Source: a virus. From it: a stretch of DNA of 64,000 bases. The translations under genes and the position numbers were made by a program. The stretch covers positions 1 to 64,000 of IMG/VR virus record IMGVR_UViG_3300035701_000011; one strand, written 5' to 3'. The notes under the pieces are model-generated. The model made no database searches. It saw only the letters and a list, made by a program, of their open reading frames with translations, and had not been told where the DNA came from. Positions 40,826-51,327 of this stretch are shown here, one piece after another; position 1 is the first letter of the stretch; the number at the start of each line of letters is the position of its first letter.

Positions 40826-41963
40826 ATGAAAATTATTATAAAAAATTTAATTCCACAATCAATAACAACTTTTAATAAAGATAGTAAAAGAATTAGATAT
40901 GCTGGAAAGGATGTAGGAAAAATAATAGAATTTATCGAAACTGATACTGGAATAGATGCAATAGCAGAAATTACTAATAAAAAATTAATTATTAAACTTA
41001 GAAATGGAAATCATAATATTAATTTAAATAAAGGAGAATAAATGGAATTTATTTATTCAAAAGAAATTCAGGATTTAATAGATAAACTTGAAGAAATAAG
41101 ACATTTATATCCTAAAGATTTTATAGATAATCAAATTATTAAAATAAAAGAATTAGCAATACCAATAATTTTGATTAAAAAACGACAAAAAATCTATTAA
41201 AGATTAAAGGAGATTAATAGGTTATGGAAAATAATTGTGTTAAGAGATATAGTGCTTATAGACTTTCCAAAGATTTTAGAATTATCAATTTCGATAAACA
41301 AAGTCCTAAATGTAGAACTTGTTGTGATTACGATTGGTGTATTCACGAACAGCCAGAAAGAGACAGATTGGGGAGAATTAAATAGACTATGGAGAAGAAA
41401 ATTTTTATTTGGTTACAAATAGAACCAGAAGAAAATAATAGAATAAATAGAGATTTATTAGAATCTTTTGGCTTAGAAAATTCAGGAGGAAATGCTAAAG
41501 GTTATTCTGATTATGAAGGTTATATTACAGACGAACAAATTGAAATAATTAAAAAAATTAATATAATTAAATTACATATTCATTCAGAATTTAAAAAAGG
41601 AGAGAAAGAAGATGAAAGATTGGCTAGATAAAGCAAAGGAACATTTAGAAAAATGCAAACAATTCATAGATGAAGGTTGTTCTGAATGTAAGGATTGTAT
41701 TGAAGATTGTGAGGGATTTAAAATTAAAAAATTACTTAATAGGGCATATAAATTATTTACCCAAAAATGATAACTAATAAAAATTTAACTAAACAAGAAA
41801 AAAGAATATTAATTCATTTGACAAATGCTTGGAATGAATTTATTAAATTAGATACTCAACACCCTGATGAATTAAGAGATTTTGCAGATGGATTGCATAA
41901 ATGTCAATATTTAATTGGTATGAGAATAGCAAGAAGAATAGAACCAAAAATATTTCCCATAAA

Positions 41964-43580
41964 ATGATAGCCAAAATTAAAGAAAACGATTTAAAAGCAT
42001 TTCAGGTCTTATCTCATCCGATAAGTGCGTCTCAAATTCTTTTCCATGATTTTGATTCATTAGGAACGTGGGATAAAGAAAAATTTGGACATATTCGTGT
42101 TTATCAGTATCCTATGATGTCATTTGATAGTTTATTTTTATATGATAAGAAATTATCTAAAGAAAAGAATTGGGAAATTAAAAATAATTTAGCTGAAAAT
42201 TATAATCTTGGGGGGAGACTTACTGGAAAATCAGCAATTTCTATTCTTATAGATTCTATAGTTGGCACTTTTAATAAAGTTTATACTTGGACTGTAATTA
42301 GTTCCTATGATAAGTTACATCTACAAGAAATCTTTGAAAAAATGATTAATTGTTTTGAAAATCATAAAATAATGAGAATTTTAAATGTACATCCGTTAAG
42401 AAGTCCTACTTTTAAATTAAATTTTGCAAACGGATGTTTATTAGAAAGTGTAAATATGAATATTGCCAGCAAAAATCCAGGTGGTCAATTCTTTGGTAAA
42501 CATTTTGGAAGACACTATATGGAAGAATCTTCGTATTTAACTAAAGAAGTTTCTGGAAAAATGCTTATGGCACAATCAGAACAAGGTTGTATAAATCGTT
42601 TTTCTGGTATGACTACATTTACAAAAACATCTCCAGTAGGCGAAATATTTTTTGATTTAAAAAACAAAAAAAAGATTATTAATCTTCCTTCCTATATTAA
42701 TCCTACTTGGAATGATAAAAAAGAAGCAGATGCTATAAAAGAATTTGGTGGTAAGGATTCTCCTGGTTATCAAGTACAGATTGATGGTAAGGTTATTGAA
42801 GGTGCCGAAAGTGTTTTTGATATTCAAAGAATTAGGCAAACTTATTTAGTAGATAAAAAAGGCAATCCTATTTCTATTAAAGCATTTGAAGTAAATAAAG
42901 ATAGTTTTTTTAGATATAAAGAAATTGTTATTGTTGAGAAACCTGTTAATGCTGAATTTTTAGGAATCTATGCAGACATTGGCGAGGGTGGGGCAGCATC
43001 TGAATATATTATTATTTCAAAAACAAATCAAATTTATAGATATATATATCGTATCACTACATTTCAATTATCACCCGAAGAAGAAAAAGAATTTCTCGGA
43101 TATTTAATTAGTCTTTTACTACCTAATATTATAGGGTTGGATAATACTTCTGGAGTAGGCAAGGCATTGATAAGTGCATTAAGAAAAGATTATCCTGATA
43201 ATGTTATTCCCGTTTCGTTTAATGAAAACATTCAAATTGGATTAGCCAGAGATAAAGATGGAAAATTTATTACAGATAAATCAGGGCAGATTGTATATGA
43301 AGAAGCCAATATGGTAGATTGGAGTATGCAGAGATTAAAAGATATTTTCTATAGTAAAAAAATACAGATGTTGGAAGATATAAAATTCGATACAGAAATT
43401 AATAATGTTATTGTTGGAAGAACAAAACAAGGTAAGGTCATGTATGGTTATAAAGTGGCTAACCATTTATTTCAAGCCTTTCAAGTATTTGCAATTTGTG
43501 ATTGGTTAAAAGAGGGTTTACCTAATTTAAAACCCATTAAAAAACGTCGCCCTGGGTTTGGGAGTTTCGGAAATGCATAA
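41964..43580 (+). CDS. Terminase large subunit-like
   Basis: GGRLTGKS Walker A, YMEE Walker B, ADIG and GLDNTSGVG RNase H-type nuclease motifs. Confidence 0.7.
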   Translation: MIAKIKENDLKAFQVLSHPISASQILFHDFDSLGTWDKEKFGHIRVYQYPMMSFDSLFLYDKKLSKEKNWEIKNNLAENYNLGGRLTGKSAISILIDSIVGTFNKVYTWTVISSYDKLHLQEIFEKMINCFENHKIMRILNVHPLRSPTFKLNFANGCLLESVNMNIASKNPGGQFFGKHFGRHYMEESSYLTKEVSGKMLMAQSEQGCINRFSGMTTFTKTSPVGEIFFDLKNKKKIINLPSYINPTWNDKKEADAIKEFGGKDSPGYQVQIDGKVIEGAESVFDIQRIRQTYLVDKKGNPISIKAFEVNKDSFFRYKEIVIVEKPVNAEFLGIYADIGEGGAASEYIIISKTNQIYRYIYRITTFQLSPEEEKEFLGYLISLLLPNIIGLDNTSGVGKALISALRKDYPDNVIPVSFNENIQIGLARDKDGKFITDKSGQIVYEEANMVDWSMQRLKDIFYSKKIQMLEDIKFDTEINNVIVGRTKQGKVMYGYKVANHLFQAFQVFAICDWLKEGLPNLKPIKKRRPGFGSFGNA

Positions 43581-44220
43581 ATTAAAAGTATGTTCAAAAT
43601 GTAAAAAAGAATTGAATATTAATAATTTTACAATAGATAATAGAGCTAAAGATAAATTATTAGGTTATTGTAAACAATGTGTTAAAGATTATCAAATTTT
43701 ACATAAAAAAGAAAGAAAGATATATTTGGAAAATAATAAACAAAAATTTATTTGTTACAGGAAAAAATATTATCAAATAAATAAAGAAAAAGCAAAACAA
43801 TATTATCAGGAACATAAAATAGAAGTTATTCAAAAACATAAAAATTATTATGAAAAAAACAAAGAAAAAATTTTATATCGTATTAAAATTTATCAAAATA
43901 AAAAAATAAAAATAGATATTAATTTCCGATTAGCTGCTTATCTAAGAACAAGAATTTGGCATGCTCTTAAAGGCAATCCTAAATTATCTACAACTATGAA
44001 ATTGGTAGGATGTAATATTAAACAATTAAAACATCATCTTGAAAAACAATTTATTAAAGGAATGACGTGGAAAAATTATGGTAAGTGGGAAATAGACCAC
44101 ATAAGACCTTGTGCTTCTTTTGACCTTAGCAAACCAAGTGAACAGAAGAAATGTTTTTATTATAAGAATCTTCAGCCTTTATGGAAAGAAATAAATAGAC
44201 GTAAACAAGGAAAAATATAA
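43573..44220 (+). CDS. HNH endonuclease (WHIDH family)
   Basis: CSKC..CKQC; WEIDHIRPCASFDL...NLQPLW. Confidence 0.88.
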   Translation: MHKLKVCSKCKKELNINNFTIDNRAKDKLLGYCKQCVKDYQILHKKERKIYLENNKQKFICYRKKYYQINKEKAKQYYQEHKIEVIQKHKNYYEKNKEKILYRIKIYQNKKIKIDINFRLAAYLRTRIWHALKGNPKLSTTMKLVGCNIKQLKHHLEKQFIKGMTWKNYGKWEIDHIRPCASFDLSKPSEQKKCFYYKNLQPLWKEINRRKQGKI

Positions 44221-46289
44221 TGTTATCATTTGGAGTAACAAATATTGCCAATGTTGGTCGGGAGATATATGTCTGGTATCGCATAGACAAGACTCTATCT
44301 TGTTTTAAGGATTCTACTTTTCGACCTTACTTTTATCAGATTTCTCCAAATGGTATTTACAAAACAATTGATGGCAAAAAAGTAGAAAAAATAATATGTA
44401 GTAGACCTTCAGATGTTAAGAATCGCAGAGACGAAGGAAGTTATGAAGCTGATATACTTTTCACGAAACGATATATAATAGATAAGATTACTAATTTTAA
44501 TAAAATAGACCTACATTGGTCTTTTATAGACATTGAAGTACTTTGTAAAGAACTTCCTAATTATCTCAACCCATCTCAGCCTATCTCTTGTATTTCATGT
44601 TCTAATTCTTATACTGGGGAAATTAAGACTTTCTTTTTATTAGATTATTATGATTCTGTAAAATCAGATGTTCCTCTTGCAGAGAATAAAGATTGGATTG
44701 AAATTGCAGAGGAAGAATTATTAAATGATTTTGTAAAATGGACAAAAGAACAACAATTTGATTTGGTATTGGGATGGAATTTTATTGAATTTGATTGGCT
44801 TTATCTTTGTGCTAGATATAAGAAAATATTTAGTTGTGAATTAGCAGAAATGTTAAGTCCAATAGCACAATCAAAATATTTAGGAAGTTCTCAAAAAGTG
44901 GAACCTACATTAATTCCTGCTGGATTAAGTGTATGCGATTATTTTGATATGTATAAAAAGATTTATCGCACAGAACCATCTTATGCTTTAGATATAATTG
45001 CTCAAAAGCGTTTAAATGAACAAAGTTTTAAAAAGGTAGATTTTAGTAGATTAATTCCAGAAATAAAGGAAAAGAATATAAATGATGTTAAAAGAATGAT
45101 AGATATTGAAAAGAAATTAAAAATAATTGAATACTATGATGAACTTAGGCGAATGTCTATGTGTGAATGGAGTGATGTTACCTGGAATTCTAAAATGATA
45201 GATATGATTCTTCTTAGAGAAGCTAAACAAAAAGGAATAATACTTCCCTCTAAACATTACGGTGAAGGATTAGAAGTCGATGAAATCGGATTTGAAGGAG
45301 CCTATAGAAGATGTGATACTGGTCTTTATAAAGGTCTTTGGAAACTTGACCTTTCCTCTGCTTATCCAATGGCAATAATTAATTTCTGCCTGGATATTTC
45401 AAACATTAAAAATGAAGGAATTACCATAAACATGGTAAAGTTTTACCAGAATGAAAATGCTCTTCTTCCCACAATAGCCAGAAAATTAATTAGTAAGAAA
45501 GATATTTTAAAAGCACAATTAAAATCTTTAAATCCAGAAACTGAAGAAGCCAAAGATTTACAAATTAAATATGATGCAATTAAAGCGGTTGTTAATTCTC
45601 TTTTTGGAGTGTGCGGACTAAAGATTTTTAGATTGTTTGATTATAGAGTTGCTGCAAGTATTACATTTTTAATTAGAGATTTATTGCATTATGTAGAAGA
45701 TAAATTAATAGAAAAAGGAATGAAAGTAATTTATATAGATACAGATTCATTTTTTATAGATGCAAAAGAAAATCCTAAAGATTTATGTAATGAACTAGTC
45801 AAACAATGGGCAAAAGAAAAATATAACAAGGATAAGATTGGTATCGAATTTGATTTAGAAGGTAAGTTTGATAAGATTTTTATAATTGCTCTGTGCCATT
45901 ATAAAGGATATTTAAATACACCAAGGGGTGTAAAAGAAGAAATAAAAGGTATAGAGGCTCGTAGGAAGGATAGTTCTAATTTTATTAGAGAATTCCAGAC
46001 TAATCTTATTGAAAAAATAATGAATGAAAAGCCACAAGAAGAAATAATTAAATGGATTAATTTAGAAAAAGAACGAATTAAAACATTACCCCTGCAAGAT
46101 ATTGGATTTCCTGCAAGATTAACAAAACAAGATGGAGAGTACAAAACTATAGTAACAAATGCTAAAGGAACAACTTATAATAGAAAGTTACCAATTCATA
46201 TCCAAGCAAAAAATAATAGCAAAAAAATATTTGGAAAATTTGATAAGCAATTGGGTGATAATTATTGGTGGATTTATTATGTGGACTAA
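44220..46289 (+). CDS. polB: Family B DNA polymerase, main fragment
   Basis: DIEV, GWNFIEFD, NINDV exonuclease motifs; DLSSAYP, KAVVNSLFG, YIDTDS, KGIEARRKD. Confidence 0.95.
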   Translation: MLSFGVTNIANVGREIYVWYRIDKTLSCFKDSTFRPYFYQISPNGIYKTIDGKKVEKIICSRPSDVKNRRDEGSYEADILFTKRYIIDKITNFNKIDLHWSFIDIEVLCKELPNYLNPSQPISCISCSNSYTGEIKTFFLLDYYDSVKSDVPLAENKDWIEIAEEELLNDFVKWTKEQQFDLVLGWNFIEFDWLYLCARYKKIFSCELAEMLSPIAQSKYLGSSQKVEPTLIPAGLSVCDYFDMYKKIYRTEPSYALDIIAQKRLNEQSFKKVDFSRLIPEIKEKNINDVKRMIDIEKKLKIIEYYDELRRMSMCEWSDVTWNSKMIDMILLREAKQKGIILPSKHYGEGLEVDEIGFEGAYRRCDTGLYKGLWKLDLSSAYPMAIINFCLDISNIKNEGITINMVKFYQNENALLPTIARKLISKKDILKAQLKSLNPETEEAKDLQIKYDAIKAVVNSLFGVCGLKIFRLFDYRVAASITFLIRDLLHYVEDKLIEKGMKVIYIDTDSFFIDAKENPKDLCNELVKQWAKEKYNKDKIGIEFDLEGKFDKIFIIALCHYKGYLNTPRGVKEEIKGIEARRKDSSNFIREFQTNLIEKIMNEKPQEEIIKWINLEKERIKTLPLQDIGFPARLTKQDGEYKTIVTNAKGTTYNRKLPIHIQAKNNSKKIFGKFDKQLGDNYWWIYYVD

Positions 46290-46824
46290 AGAAGATTGGA
46301 AACAATACGCAAAAGAATATTATCAATTATATAAGAAAAAAATTCTTTTAATTCGAAAAATTTATAATAAAATTCATAAAAAAGAAATTGCTTTATATAA
46401 AAAAGAGTATGACCAACTAAATAAAGAAAAAATAAGTTTACAAAGAAAAAAGTATTATCAAGACCATAAAAAAGAAACCATCGAACAAGATAATGTTTAC
46501 AAATATAATAGGTACCATAGAGATATTAATTTTAGAATACGAATTTGTCTTAGACAAAGATTGCGAAAAGTATTAAAAAAAATTCATAAATCTACTTCCA
46601 TATTGAAATTAATTGGTTGTTCTTTAAAAGAATTAAAACAACATTTAGAATCACAGTTTTTAAAAAATATGTCGTGGTCTAACTATGGATTGTGGCACAT
46701 AGACCATATTAAACCTTGTGCTTCATTTGATTTGCGAAAAAAGTCAGAACAACGCAAATGTTTCCATTATACTAACTTACAACCTCTGTGGGCAGTTGAT
46801 AATTTAAAAAAAGGAGCAAAATAA
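46279..46824 (+). CDS. HNH endonuclease inserted at the polB 3' end
   Basis: WHIDHIKPCASFDL...NLQPLWA. Confidence 0.88.
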   Translation: MWTKEDWKQYAKEYYQLYKKKILLIRKIYNKIHKKEIALYKKEYDQLNKEKISLQRKKYYQDHKKETIEQDNVYKYNRYHRDINFRIRICLRQRLRKVLKKIHKSTSILKLIGCSLKELKQHLESQFLKNMSWSNYGLWHIDHIKPCASFDLRKKSEQRKCFHYTNLQPLWAVDNLKKGAK

Positions 46825-47012
46825 TGATTCCAATTGCTTTTGATGAAAATACTATAGATTTATTAGATAAAACAAAAATTGCTTGGACTAAAATGATAGA
46901 AAGAAGTATAATTTCAAAGGTTGAACATATTTTTTTAGCATTAAAATGGGATTTATCACTTATTAAGGAAATTAAACCTAAAAAAGAAAGAAAAAAGAAA
47001 TGCATTATATAG
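46824..47012 (+). CDS. Probable PolB C-terminal (thumb) fragment
   Basis: IAFDE...IAWTKMIERSIISKVEHIFLALKW resembles the PolB terminal ID(Y/W)..(Y/M)I...I...I...(L/G)W helix. Confidence 0.65.
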   Translation: MIPIAFDENTIDLLDKTKIAWTKMIERSIISKVEHIFLALKWDLSLIKEIKPKKERKKKCII

Positions 47013-47749
47013 TTAGTTATTCAGGTGGAAAAGATTCAACTGCGATGCTTATAAGACTTATAGAAGAAAAAAGACCTATAGATGAAATTTTATTTTTTGA
47101 TACAGGATGGGAATTTTCTGCTATTTATTCTACAGTTAAAAAAATCGAAGAATATATTAAAAGACCTATTGTTTGGCTTAAACCTGAAAAATCTTTTGAA
47201 TGGTACATGTATCAGAAATCAAATAAACGTGGATTAGGTTTAGGATTTCCTCGATTTAATATTCGTTGGTGTACAGGTTTAAAGAAAAATACGATTAAAA
47301 CATATTTAAAAGATAAAAAACCATATATTAACTATCTCGGTCTTACTAAAGGAGAAGAATATAGAGCAAAAAGATATGCAGATGATAAAACAATATTACT
47401 TCCTTTAATTGAATGGAAAATGACAGAACAAGATTGTTTAAATTATTGTAAAAATAAAGGATTTGATTTTGAAAATCTTTATAGTTGTATGAGTAGTGCT
47501 TCATGTTGGTGTTGTCCTTTGCAACCTATGACATCATTAAGAGGTTTATATAAAAATTTTCCCGATTTATGGAAAAAATTATTAGAAATGCAATCTAAAA
47601 CTAAAAGTGCTTTTAAAGTGGGTCATATTAATAATAAAAAAGGAAAAGATAGATTTCCTCCAATTTATGTTACAGATTTAGATATTCGTTTTAAAAAAGA
47701 AATAGAAGATGGAACATTTAATAAAAAAATGCAAAAGAAAAATGACTAA
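47000..47749 (+). CDS. PAPS reductase family protein
   Basis: SYSGGKDS, DTG.E, RWCT..K, SCWCCP. Confidence 0.85.
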   Translation: MHYIVSYSGGKDSTAMLIRLIEEKRPIDEILFFDTGWEFSAIYSTVKKIEEYIKRPIVWLKPEKSFEWYMYQKSNKRGLGLGFPRFNIRWCTGLKKNTIKTYLKDKKPYINYLGLTKGEEYRAKRYADDKTILLPLIEWKMTEQDCLNYCKNKGFDFENLYSCMSSASCWCCPLQPMTSLRGLYKNFPDLWKKLLEMQSKTKSAFKVGHINNKKGKDRFPPIYVTDLDIRFKKEIEDGTFNKKMQKKND

Positions 47750-48713
47750 TAAAATTCAAATCTGGGAATTAAAACAAAGACAGTCATTACCTTTAGAAGC
47801 TAAAATAACTTTGGCTAAAACAAGAATAGAACAATTTCATACAAAAATGGATGGTAATGTATGTGTATCTTTTTCTGGAGGTAAGGATAGTACCGTTCTT
47901 CTTCATTTAGTAAGGTCAATTTATCCAGATGTTAAAGCAGTTTTTGTTAATACAGGACTAGAATGGCCGGAAGTGGTGCAATTTGTCCGAGAAACTGAGA
48001 ATACAGAGATTATACGTCCCGAGATGACTTTTAAAGAGGTCTTAGATACTTATGGTTATCCAGTTACTAGCAAAAAGATTGCCAAAATGATTGATACTCT
48101 ACAAAATCCCACAAAAGGAAATAAAGTTATTAGAAATCTTTATTTAACAGGTATTAGGGGAGATGGCAAAAAAGCAACTGGAAGTTGGAAGGTACCAAAG
48201 AAGTGGAGATTTTTAATTAAGGCTCCTTTTAAAATTTCCGACCAATGTTGTGCAGTTATGAAAAAACAACCATTTAAAGAGTATACTAAAAAGACAGGAT
48301 TACACCCCTATGTTGGCACACAAGCAGCAGAAAGTAGATTAAGAGAAATTTCTTATTTACAGTATGGATGTAATTCTTTTAAAGGTAAGATTCAATCCAG
48401 ACCTTTAAGTGTTTGGTTTGAAGATGATATTTGGACATATATTAAGAAGTTTAATTTAAAGTATGCTACCATCTATGATAAAGGTCAGAAAAGAACTGGA
48501 TGTATGTTCTGTATGTTTGGTACACATTTGGAAGATGAACCAAATAAATTTCAATGTATGGCAAAGACACATCCGCAACTTTGGAATTATTGTATTAATG
48601 AAATAGGTGTAGGTAAAGTATTAGATTATATTAATGTACCTTATAAATTATTAGAAAATAGTACAAATGATGGACAACCTGACCATGAATTACCAATTCA
48701 TGAACTGGAGTAA
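47709..48713 (+). CDS. PAPS reductase family protein (phage type)
   Basis: SFSGGKDS, NTGLE, CC..MKK.P, RTGCMFC.FG. Confidence 0.88.
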   Translation: MEHLIKKCKRKMTNKIQIWELKQRQSLPLEAKITLAKTRIEQFHTKMDGNVCVSFSGGKDSTVLLHLVRSIYPDVKAVFVNTGLEWPEVVQFVRETENTEIIRPEMTFKEVLDTYGYPVTSKKIAKMIDTLQNPTKGNKVIRNLYLTGIRGDGKKATGSWKVPKKWRFLIKAPFKISDQCCAVMKKQPFKEYTKKTGLHPYVGTQAAESRLREISYLQYGCNSFKGKIQSRPLSVWFEDDIWTYIKKFNLKYATIYDKGQKRTGCMFCMFGTHLEDEPNKFQCMAKTHPQLWNYCINEIGVGKVLDYINVPYKLLENSTNDGQPDHELPIHELE

Positions 48714-48715
48714 AA

Positions 48716-49291
48716 ATGAATTTTAAAATTAAAGACATTGAAAAACGATTAGGATTTAAATTAAGAAGAAATACTTATTGTATTGGCGTTGATACAGCCT
48801 CAACAACAGGATTAGCGATATTAGAAACTGATGATAAAATGTTAAAGATTAAGACTTCTATTTTTAAATTACCTGTAGTTAAAAAGGCTGACGAATTATC
48901 AGATAAATTTGTAGAGAAACTTGAATTTATGTTACGTTCAATTCGTGATTTTAAGCAAAAAGAATTTGGAAATAAAAAAGCATCTAAAACAGTTTTAGTA
49001 TTGGAGAATAGTTTTCTTTCTTTCAATCCAGTAACTTTTGGATTATTAAGAATGTTGTGTGGTATTATTTTTGCTGAACTATTTGATAATTTTGAGGAGA
49101 TTAAAATAATATTTCCTATGTCAGCAAGAAAACAAGTTGGATTTAAATCTCAATTGAAAAGAGGAAGCAAGAGAGAAGAAAAGAAAAAAGAATTAATAAC
49201 TTTTATAAATAATATTTTTAATACAAAAGAGACATCGGATGATATTTGTGATGCAATAATTTTATCTCTTTGTGGATTAAAGGAGGAATAA
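48716..49291 (+). CDS. RuvC-like resolvase
   Basis: IGVDTASTTG, VLEN, DDICDAI. Confidence 0.75.
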   Translation: MNFKIKDIEKRLGFKLRRNTYCIGVDTASTTGLAILETDDKMLKIKTSIFKLPVVKKADELSDKFVEKLEFMLRSIRDFKQKEFGNKKASKTVLVLENSFLSFNPVTFGLLRMLCGIIFAELFDNFEEIKIIFPMSARKQVGFKSQLKRGSKREEKKKELITFINNIFNTKETSDDICDAIILSLCGLKEE

Positions 49292-49648
49292 ATGACAGAT
49301 TTAAATAAGATTTTGGTTACAGGAATTTTGGTTCAGGATGTAGAACTTCGATTTACACCAACTGGAACGAAGACTGCTAACTTGCGAATTGCTATTCATA
49401 GGAGATATAAAAATAAAACTCAAGAAATCAAAGAAGAGACTGAATTTATTACTGTGGTAGTATGGCAGATTTTAGCAGAAAATTGTGCCAATTATTTAAA
49501 GAAAGGTAGTAGAATTTTTGTTGAAGGAAGATTACAGACTAGAGAATTTATTGACAAATACCAACAGAAAAGAACAGTAACAGAAATTGTAGCAGAAGAT
49601 GTAGAATTTTTAGACAGACCTGAAAAGAAAGAAATTAAGGAAGAATAA
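49292..49648 (+). CDS. ssb: Single-stranded DNA-binding protein
   Basis: LNKILVTG...ELRFTPTG...YLKKGSRIFVEGRLQTR. Confidence 0.93.
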   Translation: MTDLNKILVTGILVQDVELRFTPTGTKTANLRIAIHRRYKNKTQEIKEETEFITVVVWQILAENCANYLKKGSRIFVEGRLQTREFIDKYQQKRTVTEIVAEDVEFLDRPEKKEIKEE

Positions 49649-50042
49649 TGGATTGGAAAGACGAATTAATAAAAAAAGAAAAAGAACTTAATCTACCAAA
49701 AGGAGGAGAAGATGGACAGATTATTTCATCTAGTAGTATTAGTAATAGGAATAATACTAGGAGCAACAGCGATGTACATAGGGTATCCGTACATAAAGAA
49801 ATAAATAATATTAAAAAAGGAGGTAATGTAATGATTACAAAAGAAGCAGCAGTTAGTGATTTAGAAAAAATTGATGTTAATGGTCCAGTAGGTAAAGTTA
49901 TTGTTGAAGTAGGTAAAGTTATTATTAAAGTTTTAGCAACTATTAGGTCTAATCAACTTTTGACTGATGAAGAAAAAGTTAAAATTCGTGAAGCAAGAAA
50001 ATTAAGAGACAGCAGAAAAGAACCACAGAAATAATTCAAGAT

Positions 50043-50091
50043 GGAAGGGTTGATAATAATCACCCTTCCCCAAGACAAAATGTGCTATACT
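50043..50091 (+). promoter_or_regulatory. Hairpin (50043-50069) followed by extended -10 TGCTATACT
   Basis: GGAAGGG / CCCTTCC stem; TATACT at 50086-50091. Confidence 0.5.
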
Positions 50092-50321
50092 TATAGTATA
50101 AAAATAAAATGTTAATATTAGGATTACAAATTTGGGTAATAACTATGGCATTAGGTATTGGTATAATTATTTTAACTGATAAAGGGGAATTATGATTTAT
50201 TGTGAAAAGATAAAAAATTATATAGACCAGGAAGAAAAATGTCTTGCATGTATTTTTTATATAAAAGATGAAGATACTTGTGATTGGGAAAATTGGCATC
50301 CTGGATTAATTAAAGGAAAAG

Positions 50322-50690
50322 ATGAATCCAATCTTAATTAAAGATATTTTAGGAGGATTATTAATATTAACATCTATTGGAGATGCAATAAAATATACTA
50401 TTCAAGCCAATAAAATTTCGAGAGCAAAAACCGCTAAATCAATGTCTCGTAAATTTATTAATCTTGCTCTTCTAAATGATTTTGTAAAATTATCTTATGG
50501 CATAACAATCAAAGATTTATTTATTATAAGTTCAAGTATTTTAGCTTTAATTTGTATGATTCATTTATTTGGAATAATTTATAAATTTTATCCTTATAGA
50601 ATGAGAGGATGTTCTAATTTTAAACGACCTAATATATTTTTATATATAATTAATAGTTTAATTCCAAATCGAATTAGAAAGAGGTTATAA
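50322..50690 (+). CDS. PQ-loop/SemiSWEET-like membrane protein
   Basis: Three hydrophobic helices; Q..KI...K.AK.MS pattern. Confidence 0.5.
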   Translation: MNPILIKDILGGLLILTSIGDAIKYTIQANKISRAKTAKSMSRKFINLALLNDFVKLSYGITIKDLFIISSSILALICMIHLFGIIYKFYPYRMRGCSNFKRPNIFLYIINSLIPNRIRKRL

Positions 50691-51327
50691 TTGTTAGTTA
50701 ATTATTGTGATTTATGTGGGCAACCACTAAAAGAAAATAATTTTCATTCTTTATATTGTTCTTCTCCTGATATAAATGCTCCTGACCCAAATAAATACGA
50801 AGAAATGGATAAATATTATAAAGATTATGCTCGTTATTTACTTCAAGTACAAAAAGAAGTAAAAGAAATTTGTCCTACATGCAAATATGTTTATGATAAA
50901 ATTTTTGAATATAGATTACAAGGATTAAGTAAGATGACAGAAGAATGTGCAAATTTATTTAATTTACCTTCAAAAAAGAATCCAAAGGAGAGAGGAAATG
51001 GCAAAGAAAAAAAGTAAAGAAAAATCTAATTGCTGCCATGCAAAAGTAAGAGTAAGTGGTATAGGAGATTTTGAAGGTGATAAAATTGCATGTACACTAT
51101 ATTATATTTGTACAAAATGTAATCAACCTTGTGATGTTTATATTCCTATAAGAAGGACTTGGAATATTAATCCTGTTACTAAAGTTAAAGGAGATAGTCG
51201 TGGAAAAGAAAAAGAAAAACTTACAAAAAAGGAAATCGAAGAATTTAGACGTAACGAAGATTTTTAAATTATTCGGAGAACAACCACAACGAACTTGTTC
51301 TTACGATGGTCATCCCCATTACGATAA

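Noticed and set aside
23378-43566. TTTGGGAGTT shared upstream of two HNH genes as an insertion target
   Set aside because: Adequately explained as the GGAG ribosome-binding site; the two HNHs belong to different subfamilies
33763-46289. Archaeal virus origin (PolB, prim-pol, Hjc-like)
   Set aside because: Bacterial RecA, SSB, bS21, deformylase, sigma factor and sigma70 promoters indicate a bacterial host
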